Source: an uncultured Chloroflexia bacterium (GTDB lineage Bacteria > Chloroflexota > Limnocylindria > QHBO01). From it: a DNA stretch of 64,000 bases. Every line of letters starts with the position of its first letter. Within the stretch, counting starts at the first letter, position 1. The position numbers and the translations under genes are program-made. The notes beneath the pieces are model-generated. The model searched no databases and had not been told where the DNA came from. It worked only from the letters and a program-made list of their open reading frames with translations. Positions 28,460 to 38,179 of the stretch are shown here, in pieces. The DNA is taken from positions 192,001-256,000 of the forward strand of contig CAWFCQ010000005.1 of NCBI GenBank assembly GCA_963814375.1, read 5' to 3'.

Positions 28460-29101
28460 ATGTCGTCACCACCGACCGACGATCGCACCGCATCCCGCGC
28501 CGAGGCGCGGCGACGCGCGCGGCTCGCTGCCCGCGGTGAGCTTCCGGCTGAGCCGGAGGTGGAAACGGACGAGCCGCAATCAAAGCCCAACTTCCTCCAG
28601 CGCATCTTCCCGCCCGCGCCGCCACTGCCCAACCGGCCCGATCCGCTTGCGGGCTTCGACCGGTCGGGGCCGCTGCGGCCGGTTCGCGAGCGGCTGTTCC
28701 TGCTCAGGCACAACCTGGTGGCGTGGCTCGTGATGGGCATCGTCGCGTTCCTCGGCTACATCGCCTCGTCGTTCTACGGCTCGAGCCTGCTCGGGCTCAT
28801 CGGCACCTTCGTGCTCTTCGGCTCGCTCATCGCCGCTGGGTGGCTCGGTTGGCAGCGGCCGCCGCTCTTCGGCACCGCGGCGGGCCTTATCGGATTCGTC
28901 CTGGCCGCCGGCTTCATCGTCTTCTCGTTCGCGCAGGCGGACGTGACGCCGGACACCTTTGGCTCGGCCGGGCAGTTCGCGACCCAGCTCGGGCTCCAGG
29001 CCTTCTACCAGGCCGGCCTGGGCTTCCTGGGCGGCTGGTACGGCGGCTATCTGCGGCGACGGCAGACCCAGCTGAGCGCGCAGAACCCCCGCCGTCGGTA
29101 A
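28460..29101 (+). CDS. Hypothetical membrane protein (about 4 TM)
   Basis: TACAAT -10 located 8 nt before the ATG; hydrophobic C-terminal half. Confidence 0.7.
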   Translation: MSSPPTDDRTASRAEARRRARLAARGELPAEPEVETDEPQSKPNFLQRIFPPAPPLPNRPDPLAGFDRSGPLRPVRERLFLLRHNLVAWLVMGIVAFLGYIASSFYGSSLLGLIGTFVLFGSLIAAGWLGWQRPPLFGTAAGLIGFVLAAGFIVFSFAQADVTPDTFGSAGQFATQLGLQAFYQAGLGFLGGWYGGYLRRRQTQLSAQNPRRR

Positions 29102-29152
29102 GCGTCCGCTTGCTCGGATGCAACAGGGCACGAGACTTGCTAAGGTGTTACT

Positions 29153-29330
29153 CGTTGACGCCGAGAGCGATACGGTCACGCCGAACAATCGACGTAGCCC
29201 GTCGCCGACGGAAGCTCGGGCCGGACGCGACTTTATGCGGCTCGTCCGTTCGCGAGATCGTGCTCGAAGCGTCATCTGGGGGCCGTCGAGTTCCAGGACC
29301 CTCCGTACTGGAGCCGACGGCCCCTTCTTC
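29153..29330 (+). ncRNA. Putative standalone structured small RNA
   Basis: Extended -10 TGCTAAGGT at 29138-29146; long imperfect rod at 29156-29274; terminal hairpin GGGGCCGTCG/CGACGGCCCC followed by TTCTTC. Confidence 0.55.
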
Positions 29331-29362
29331 ATGCCCTCCCTCAACCGCGGTGCGCGCCCGCG

Positions 29363-32163
29363 CTAGCCGCCGTGCGCGGCCGCGGCCTGGGCGGCCAGCT
29401 CATGGGCGACCGCAGCGTTTGCGCCCAGCCCGAGGACCTCGCCGGTCGACCGCATCTCGGGACCGAGCTCGACGCTGACGCCCGGCAGCCGCCAGAGGGA
29501 ACCGATCGGCGTCTTGACCGCGACCTGGTCCCCGTCGGCCGCCAGGCCGGGGACGAGCCCGACGGCTTCGAGCGTGGCGCCGAGTGCGCAGCGCACCGCC
29601 GCGGCGACCACATCACGGCCCGTGGCCTTGGCGACGATGGGCACCGTACGGCTTGCGCGCGGGTTGGCCTCGATGACCACGATGCGGTCCCCGGCCACGA
29701 TCATCTGGACGTTGAGGATGCCGCGGACGCCGAGGCCCAGCGCGATGCGCCCGGCGGCCTCGGCCGCGCGCTCCTGGACCTCGCGCGAGAGTCGCTGCGG
29801 CGGGAGCACCGCGACGCTGTCGCCCGAGTGGATGCCGGGCGGGTCGATCTGCTCCAGGATGCCCGGCACGGCCCAGGCCACGCCGTCGCTGATGGCATCC
29901 ACGTCGAGCTCGATCCCGGCCACCAGCTCGTCGACCCGCAGCGGCCAGCCGATGTCGGTCGCGAGGTAGGCCGCCACGTCCCCCTGCGTCCGCAGCACCG
30001 CGATGCCGCGACCGCCGATCACCCACGAGGGTCGGACGATGACCGGCAGCCCGCCGAGCTGCGCGATCGCCGCCCGCAGCTCACGGGCATCGGACGCGAG
30101 CTGCCCCCGCGGCCCATCGAGGCCGAGCTCGTCGAGCAGGAGCGCGAAGCGCTGGCGGTCCTCGGTGATCTCGATGGCCTCGGCCGTCAGCCCGGCGATC
30201 GGCACATCGGCGTAGGCGAGGTCCTTGGCGAGATCGATCGCGGTCTGCCCGCCGAAGGTCAGGACCACCTCGGGCGGCGACCCGGTCAGCGCGCGCTCGT
30301 GGTCGATGATGTCGAGCACCGACTCCGTGTCGAGCGGCTCGAAGTAGAGGCGGGTGCAGGCGTCGTAGTCGGTGCTCACCGTCTCGGGGTTGTTGTTGAT
30401 GACGACGGCGTCGAGCCCCATCTCGCGGATCGCCCAGGCAGCCCGAACGCTGCAGTAGTCGAACTCGATTCCCTGCCCGATGCGGATCGGTCCCGAGCCG
30501 ACCACGATCACGCTGCGCCGATCCGCCGGCGGCGCCACCTCTCGCTCGGCGTAGCTCGAGTAGAAGTACGGCGTCTCGGCCGGAAACTCGCCGGCGCAGG
30601 TATCGACCCGCCGATAGGCCGGACCGATGCCGGCACGCACCCGGGCGCGCCGGACCGCCACGGCGGGCGCGCCAGACAGCGCAGCGATCTCGGCGTCGCC
30701 GAACCCCGCCCGCTTGGCGTCGAGCAGCGGCGAGCCGACGACCGCCGACTCGGCTGCGACCAGCTCGGCGATCCGATCGGTGAACCACGGCGCGATGCCG
30801 GTCGCGGCCGCGATCGTCGCGGCGTCGGCCCAGCCGTGGCGCAGGAGCGCGATCATCCGCCACAGGCGGGTGTCGGTGGGCTCGAGGAAGCCTTCGAGGT
30901 CGGCCGGAGGCCGATCGGTCAGCCCCCAGCCCGCGTCCTCCCACAGCCATCCCCGGCCACGCGGCTCGAGCGACCGGATCGCCTTGAGCAGGGCCGGACC
31001 GAACTCGCGGTCGATCGCCATCGCCTCGCCGGTCGCCTTCATCTGGATGCCGAGGGTCCGGTCGGCGGCCGGGAACTTGTCGAACGGCCAGCGCGGCAGC
31101 TTGACCACGACGTAGTCGACCGCCGGTTCGAAGGCGGCCGAGTTGCCGCCGGTTGCTGGATTCGGCATCTCGTGCAGCCGCCGCCCGAGGGCGATGAGCG
31201 CCGCGATCCGCGCGATCGGGTAGCCGGTCGCCTTCGAGGCCAGCGCCGATGAGCGGCTCACGCGCGGGTTGACCTCGATGACGCGGTAGTCGCTGCCGTC
31301 CGGCGCAACCGCCAGCTGGACGTTGCAGCCGCCCTCCAGGGCGAGGGCGCGCACGATCTTCAGGGCGCATCGGCGCAGGCGCTGGACGACCGGGTCGGGC
31401 AGGGTCTGGATCGGCGCGACGACGATCGAGTCTCCGGTGTGGACCCCCATCGGATCGAGGTTCTCCATGCCGCAGATCGCGATCGTGGTGTCCGATGCGT
31501 CGCGCAGGACCTCCCATTCGATCTCGTACCAGCCCAGCAGCGAGCGCTCGACGAGGACCTGGCCGATGGGGCTGGCGGCGAGGCCAGTCGCGATCCGTTC
31601 TCGGGCCTCCGCGGCGGTTCGCGCGAACCCCCCTCCTCCACCGCCGAGCGTGAATGCCGGCCGGATCACGATCGGGGCGTTCAGGTGCTCGAAGAACCGG
31701 ATCCCATCCTCGAGCGATTCGACGACCGCGGACTCGGGCACCGGCTCGCCGATGCCCATCACCAGCGAGCGGAAGCCCCCGCGGTCCTCCGCCGCCCGCA
31801 CCGCCGCCAACGGGGTGCCGAGAACGCGGACGCCGCACCGATCCAGGACGCCGGCGTCGTCGAGCGCCACTGCCAGGTTGAGGCCGGTCTGCCCGCCGAG
31901 CGTCGGGAGCAGGGCGTCCGGCCGGTGCTCCTCGATCACGCGAGTGACGAAGTCCAGCGTCAGCGGTCCGATCACCACCGTGCCGCCGACGTCCGGATCG
32001 GTCATGACGGTGGCGGGGTTCGAGTTGACCAGGATCGTCTCGACGCCCGCATGACGCAGCGCGAGGCATGCCTGGACGCCCGCATAGTCGAACTCGGCGG
32101 CCTGGCCGATCAGGATCGGCCCGGACCCGATGACGAGAACCCGCCGCGGCGCCGGAGCGTCAT
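29363..32163 (-). CDS. carB: Carbamoyl-phosphate synthase large subunit lacking the C-terminal MGS domain; apparent 1-nt indel just after the start
   Basis: RRVLVIGSGPILIGQAAEFDY upstream of the ORF; HTGDS, IEVNPRVSRSSALASKATGYPIA; second half GSGPIRIGQGIEFDY..EMRSTGE. Confidence 0.93.
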
Positions 32164-33321
32164 GCCAGGGCGCGCTCGACGGCGAGGTCGAAGACGCGCG
32201 CCGCGTCGATCGGCCCGGGCGCCCCCTCCGGATGGAACTGGACCGATGCGATCCGGCCCGACCGGTGGCTCAGGCCCTCGACCGTCCCGTCGTTGAGATC
32301 CCGGTGGCTGACTGCGTAGCCGCTCGCCTCCAGCGCCGGGCCGTCGACCACCTCGACCTCGTGGTTGTGAGCGCCGATGTCGACCCGGCCGCCCGCGAAC
32401 TCGAGCACCGCGTGGTTTCCGCCGTGGTGGCCGACCGCCAGGCGCCGCGTGACGCGCTCCGGCCGCCAGCCCGAGCAGCTGATGACCGAGACAGACGCCC
32501 AGGACCGGCGCGCCACCGGTGATCGCATCGGCCGCCAGGGCGCCGACGGTCGCGATCTGCGCGGCCATGCGCGACGGATCGCCCGGCCCTGGCGATAGCA
32601 CGACAAGGTCGGGGGCGCGTGACCGGACGTCGTCCGCCGACGCATCGGGCGGGAGGGCGGTCACCTCGAGACCACGCGCCGCCAGGGCACGAAGCAGCGA
32701 CCGCTTGACGCCATAGTCGACGAGGACCGCTCGAGCGCGTCGTTCGCCGCTGGCGGGCACGACGAACGGCTCCCGGGTTGCGACCGCGGAGACATGGTCG
32801 ACCGACTCCCAGGTCGGGCTGCGCTTCGCGCGCTCGATCGCGTCATCGGGACCGCCTCCGGCCGGGACGATCACCGCCCGCCGCGCCGCGCCGTTGCGCA
32901 GGTGGAGCGTCAGCGCTCGGGTGTCGATGCCCGAGATGGCCGAGATGCCTCCGTCGCGCAGCAGCTCGTCGAGCGACACGCCCCGCCCGGGCGGAGGGTC
33001 CACCAGGCGCGTCACCACCAGGCCGCGGGCATGGACGCGATCCGACTCGAGCTCTTCGCGCGCGATCCGGTAGCTGCCCGCCATCGGATGGGTGAGGACC
33101 ACCATCTGGCCGGCGTAGGAGGGATCCGTCAGGATCTCGCCCCACCCGGTCGAGGCGGTCGTGAAAACGAGGTCGCCCTCCGCCGCCGCGCGGCTCCCGT
33201 GGAGCTCGCCGTCGAGAGTCAGCCCTCCCTCGAGAGCAAGAAGGCCCGGAGACGAAAACGACGCCATCCGCTCGGTGGCGGTTGGCGTCTCGGTTTCGTT
33301 CGGGTGCGCGGCCGTCGGCAT
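32160..33321 (-). CDS. carA: Carbamoyl-phosphate synthase small subunit; apparent frameshift near 32455
   Basis: LTDPSYAGQ, GIDTRALT, DYGVK, SPGPGDP, GVCLGHQ; the other frame gives GHHGGNH and SVQFHPEGAPGP. Confidence 0.93.
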
Positions 33322-33325
33322 CGAT

Positions 33326-33376
33326 CTCCTTCCCGGCATCACGGTGCCGGCCTTAAAGGACTCGCGGCGGAGTCTA
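33326..33376 (-). promoter_or_regulatory. carA promoter and PyrR-binding-like leader hairpin sequestering the RBS
   Basis: Minus strand: TAGACT -10, then GAGTCCTTTAAGGCCGGCACCGTGATGCCGGGAAGGAG; TCCTT pairs with AAGGA. Confidence 0.6.
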
Positions 33377-33412
33377 GCGCATCGGCTCCGGTGCAGCGGC
33401 TAGCATCGGCCC

Positions 33413-34222
33413 ATGGAGAATCGCACCGCGGAGCTGCTGGCGGACGAGGATGCCCGTGCCTCGATGGCGGCCGCGGACTTCGACCACGAGTTTCTCCGAG
33501 CACACCTCGCCGATGAGCGCCGCAAGGCCAGCCTGCTCGGAGAGGTCCGCGAGGCGATCTTCGGCGCTCAGGACGGCCTCGTGAGCACGGTCGCCGTCGT
33601 GAACATTGCGGCCGGCGCCACCACCGATCAATACCTGGTCCTCGTCGCCGGCATCGCGACCGCGCTCGGCGGCATCTTCAGCATGGCCGCCGGCGAGTAC
33701 ATCGGCAGCAAGAGCCAGCGGGAGATCTTCGACGCTCAGATCGTCGAGGAGCGCGAGGAGGTCCACGAACGGCCCGGCGAGGCGGAGGCCGAGGTGGCAT
33801 ACATGTTCGAGGAGGACGGCCTGCCCCATGACAAGGCCCTCGGCGTCGCGCGGCTCATGGCGCAGCACCCGGACACGCTGCTGAAGACCATGGTCGAGAA
33901 GGAGCTCGGCCTCTCGGTCGAGCCGGACGAGGGCTCACCGCTGCAGGGCGCGCTCATCATGGGCGCGGCGTTCGGGTTAGGGGCCCTTCCGCCGATCCTT
34001 CCTCACTTGTTCGTGCCGGGAGACGCGGCGGTTGCGCTGTCGGTCGGGCTGACGCTCGCGGTGCTGTTCGGCATCGGCGTCGTGAAGAGCCGCTGGACGC
34101 ATCGGTCCTGGCTGAGCTCGGGGCTCGAGATCGTTGCCATCGGCGCCGTCGCGGGCGTGGCCGGCTTCTTCTTCGGCAGCATCCTGCCGGTCCTGCTCGG
34201 AGCGCCCGAGGCCGCCGCCTAG
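33413..34222 (+). CDS. VIT1/CCC1 family Fe/Mn transporter
   Basis: REAIFGAQDGLVS, SMAAGEYIG, EKELGL. Confidence 0.92.
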   Translation: MENRTAELLADEDARASMAAADFDHEFLRAHLADERRKASLLGEVREAIFGAQDGLVSTVAVVNIAAGATTDQYLVLVAGIATALGGIFSMAAGEYIGSKSQREIFDAQIVEEREEVHERPGEAEAEVAYMFEEDGLPHDKALGVARLMAQHPDTLLKTMVEKELGLSVEPDEGSPLQGALIMGAAFGLGALPPILPHLFVPGDAAVALSVGLTLAVLFGIGVVKSRWTHRSWLSSGLEIVAIGAVAGVAGFFFGSILPVLLGAPEAAA

Positions 34223-34342
34223 ATCACCTCGAACCACGCGCCGCGCGCCGGTTCCCGACGGCACGCCGCCTACTGCGATCCCTTCGGCATGCTGTTCCTG
34301 TTCATCGGTCCCGACGCCTGATCCGCCGTCGCGGCGGGTAGG

Positions 34343-34747
34343 TCAGGCCTCGACGGTGAGCGTCCCGACCATGCCGTAGGCCTCGTGCCCGGGCAGGTGG
34401 CAGATAAAGGCATAGCGGCCAGCCTCGTCGAAGGTGATCGTGGTGCGCACCGTCTCGAGCGCCGGGATCGTCACCTCGGTAGGCACTGCCGCGTGACTGG
34501 CGTGCGTGCCGGTGCGGTGCTTCTGGTGGAACGCCTCGTCGCCGATCAGCCACTCGTGGTCGATCGGGTCCTCGTTGACGAGCACGAACGTGACCGGCAC
34601 GCCAATCGGGACCGTCGCCGCCGTCGTGTCGAAGCCGGAGTAGTGGATCGTGATCGTCACCGTGTGGTCGGTCGGCGCGCACCCGGCAGCAGTCACCGCG
34701 ACCCCGACGAGGATCGCGGCGGCCGCGGCCCGGACCATACGCTTCAT
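34343..34747 (-). CDS. Cupredoxin-domain lipoprotein
   Basis: Lipobox AAGC; N-D-IDHEW; C-terminal ICHLPGHEAYGMVG (type-1 Cu ligands C, H, M). Confidence 0.88.
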   Translation of the reverse strand: MKRMVRAAAAAILVGVAVTAAGCAPTDHTVTITIHYSGFDTTAATVPIGVPVTFVLVNEDPIDHEWLIGDEAFHQKHRTGTHASHAAVPTEVTIPALETVRTTITFDEAGRYAFICHLPGHEAYGMVGTLTVEA

Positions 34748-35812
34748 GCGCCGGCCAGCGGCGGGTGACTGCTGCGGCTCGCGCGCGCAGCCCGGTCGAG
34801 AGCCAGCGGAACGGCGACGATCGCGGCCGCGGCCAGGAGCAGGTACAGCGCGATCGGCGCTCGCGGAACGGGATTCGAGGTGAACGGTGCGTACCCGGCG
34901 TCCACTGGTGACGGCCGGCCGGCGCCCGACACGTCGATCGCGAGGTCGAAGTCGAGGTCGGCCGCGGGCGAGTCGATGACGACCTTCGTCAGCCACGCCT
35001 CGTCGGGCACCCACTCCATGCCGTCATCGGACCGCAGGTCTGCGAGCAGGGTGTCGCTTGCCGCGGCGCTGTGATCGAGGATCAGCCCGTCGGACTCGCC
35101 GAAGGCTGCGCCGGCGTTCGGAAGCATCGCGGGACGGATGTCGGTCAGCAGGTAGACGTCCGCCTGCACCGTTTCGCCCGCCTGCTTGCCGAGGCCCAGG
35201 ATGCGGAGCGGTACCCACGGGTTGTCGGTCGGGATGGTGAGGTGGACGGGTGTGCCGTCGCCGATCGCCTGGCCGCGCTCGGCGGCCGCATCGGCGTCGA
35301 AGGCGGCTGCCATGAAAATGGGACTGCGGTCGGCGTAGAAGTCGAGCACCTCGGGCGCATCCGGCGGCAGCCGGAAGCCATGGTTCTTGGCCCACAGGCC
35401 GACCTCGTCGCCGCCACCGCGCAGGATGGTGATATCGAGCGCGTCGATCGTCGTCTCGAGCAGCACCTCGGCCTCGCGTGCGGAGTCCGCCGCGCCGAGC
35501 GCGAGAAGCGGCCTGCTGCGGAACGGGATCGGTCTCGCGCACGAGGCGCTGGAGCGTCCAGTCACCGCCGCGCTCGACGTCGGTCGGGATGCCCGGCAGC
35601 GGCGTGATCGAGCCGAACGCGCCGCCGCCACCTGCGAACTCGAAGGCGGTGACGTAGTGCTCGACGCCGTCGTGGTAGCCGGCGAACGTTGTCGTGCGGA
35701 GCAGGTTCACGGCGCCGTTCGGGCCGATGAGCCCACCGCAGGCGAGCATCGGCGTGGCGGTTATGAGCAGCGCGGCCGTGGCGACCACGAGCGAGAGCAA
35801 GGGACGTCGCAT
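34744..35812 (-). CDS. DUF2330-like secreted, membrane-anchored protein; apparent frameshift near 35515
   Basis: Signal peptide followed by ACGG; FGSITPLP; W...HG(F) segment; PWVPLRI; C-terminal TM. Confidence 0.7.
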
Positions 35813-35870
35813 CGATCGTCCTCCTTCGAGTGTGGATGGCGTGGGATCGATGCTGATCAGCACCCGTTTG

Positions 35871-35896
35871 GACGCCGGTGCCTCGGGATCGGTTCC
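35871..35896 (-). promoter_or_regulatory. ECF sigma-type promoter
   Basis: Minus strand GGAAC-N17-CGTC about 60 bp upstream of the DUF2330/cupredoxin operon. Confidence 0.55.
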
Positions 35897-35977
35897 CTGG
35901 AGTGCGTAACGCCAGCGAAGCGTTCGGATTCACATGGAGCGGGCGTTACGATCGGATGGCGCGGCTCAGACCTGCAC

Positions 35978-36059
35978 ATTCACACCGGGCGTGAACGCGC
36001 GTGCTCAACCGTGGACGTTCGCGATGGGCAATGCCGCATAACGCACGTCAGGTGTGAAT
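35978..36059. repeat. Intergenic inverted-repeat element
   Basis: ATTCACACCGGGCGTG ... CACGTCAGGTGTGAAT. Confidence 0.6.
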
Positions 36060-36104
36060 TCGGACGCTCGGGCCTGGTTCCCCACATTGCCACCGTGCGA
36101 TAGG

Positions 36105-36479
36105 TCAGCCCTCGTCGAGGGTCGCCACGAGGCGCTTCGGCGCCACGAGCCGATAGCTCTCCTCGATCCAGCCGCGGAACAGCTCGACGGGTGCATCTTC
36201 CGGCGCGTTGACCGTCAGCCAGCCACCTCGCCCGAGGCCGTAGCCGGGGTCGGCCGTCCAGGGCATGGCGCTGGCTTCGTCGTGGGACTCGCGCAGCTTC
36301 ACGGTGAAGCTGCGAGCGCGCTCGGGGGCGTCGTCGCCGAAGAACACGAAGACCTTCTTGCCGACCTTGGCAACCGATTCGCCCCACGGATGGTCCTCCC
36401 ACGCCTCCGGAAGGCCGAGGGCGAACTCGAGCAGCTCCGCCTTCGGTGGTTGGGCGCGACCAGGCGAGTCAGATCCCAT
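36105..36479 (-). CDS. MmcQ/YjbR family DNA-binding protein
   Basis: LPEAWEDHPWG, KVGKKVF, GYGLGRGGW, WIEESYRLVAPK. Confidence 0.88.
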   Translation of the reverse strand: MGSDSPGRAQPPKAELLEFALGLPEAWEDHPWGESVAKVGKKVFVFFGDDAPERARSFTVKLRESHDEASAMPWTADPGYGLGRGGWLTVNAPEDAPVELFRGWIEESYRLVAPKRLVATLDEG

Positions 36480-38155
36480 CGGAGATCCTGATCAGCACGT
36501 AGGCGGCCGTGGCCGCGGTGATCAGGGCGGCCAGGAGGATGGGCGTGCCGAAGCGGAGGAAGGTGGCGGTCGTGTAGCCGCCCGGGCGCATCACCATCAG
36601 GTTCGTCTGGTGGCCGAAGGGGTTGAGGAACGTGAACGAGATGCAGGTCCCGATGAGGGCCAGCATCACGGTCGGGCTCGATCCCGTACTCGAGCGCGAT
36701 CGCGATCCCGACGGGCGTCAGGATCGAAGCCGCGGCGGCGTTGGTGATGAGATTCGTCATCACGGTCGTGATGACGGCGAACGCGATCACGAACAGGAGC
36801 TCGCTTCCGCCGGACGCGAGCCGCACGCCGCCGGCGATGAGGTCGGCGAGGCCGCTCGACACCACGATCGCGCCCAGTCCGACCGACCCCGCGATGACGA
36901 AGAGCACGTTCCAGTCGAGTGCGCGGCCGGCCGCTCGGGGAGTCAGCACGCCGGTCAGCACCATCAGTACCGCCCCCGCCACGGCGGCCAGCACAATCGG
37001 CAGCAGGCCCAGGGTGGCGGACGTGATCACCGCACCCATGATGCCCAGCGCGATCCAGGTGTTGCCCGGCTGCGGGGCGCGGCCGGCCGCGCTCTGCCAC
37101 AGGGCAAACGCCTCGTTCCTCCCGATCGCGTCGACATTGTCGGTCGTGACGAAGCACGTTTCGCCCGGGGTCGGAACGGTGTCGCGCAGGGGCCGGTCGG
37201 TGCGCGCGGCAACGACGCGCAGCGAGTCACTCTCGAAGTCGTGCAGCGTCTTGCCCTCCGCGAGCTTGATGGTCGTGGCGTAGAGGCGTTGGGGCGAGTG
37301 GCCGAAGAGCGGGCTGCGCCAGAGCGCAGAGACGCCAGCCTCGGTGGCCGAGAAGGTGAGCACGTCATCGGCCTCGATCTCGCTGTCGGGGTCGAGCTCC
37401 CTGCCCCAACGCTGGATGCCGGCCAGCTCGTACTGCTGCGTTCGCGCCACGCCCTCGGCCGATGCCCGCCGCCCGTTGATGACGGCATGTGCAGTGACCG
37501 GGATCTCGACGCGCCAATCCCGCTCGGGTCGCTTGGACGCAGCCGTCCCGCGCAGCAACAGCGGCGCCAGGAGGTAGATGGCCAGCGATCCGACGAGCGC
37601 GGTCGGAAGCGCCACGGGCGCATAGGAAAGCATGCCCATCTCGATCCCCTGGCCGGCGGCGATGCCGGCGATGAGGAGGTTCGAGCTCGTCCCGATGAGC
37701 GACACCGAGCCCGACAGGGTGGTGACGTGCGCGATCGGCAGCAGCACCTCGCGCGCCGCGATGCCGCGCGTCTGCTCGAGCTCGCGCGTGGCAGGGATGA
37801 GCATCGCGACCAGGGGCGTGGTGTTCATCAGGGCCGACGCCACTGCCGTCGGCCCCATCAACCGCTGCAACGCCTGGCGAGCGCTTCGCGTCGTCGACAG
37901 CAGGAGCCAGCTGAGGCGGGTCACCACCCCGGTCTGAACGATTCCCTTGGCGAGCACGAGCATGGCGCCGATGGTGATGACCCCCGGGTTCGAAAGCCCC
38001 GACGCGAGCTCTTCGACGGTCGCCAGCCCCAGGATGCCCGCCAGCGTCAGGCCGCCGGCAAGGGCCAGCACCGGAGGCACCCGCCTCGACGCCATGGCGA
38101 CCAGGGTTCCGGTGACAACGACGGCGGCGATCACCATCGTGAGTTCGGGGCTCAC
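36469..38155 (-). CDS. SLC13-family permease with TrkA-C-like central region; apparent frameshift near 36670
   Basis: SALMNTTP, IGTSSNL, TNAAAA; the C-terminus PFGHQTNLMVM.PGGY..F.RFG lies in ORF 36469..36669. Confidence 0.85.
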
Positions 38156-38179
38156 GTCCGGATCGTAGCGGTGCCGTCG

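Noticed and set aside
29118-29366. 82-aa ORF in the convergent gap
   Set aside because: No RBS, atypical codon usage and no motif; better explained as a structured RNA.
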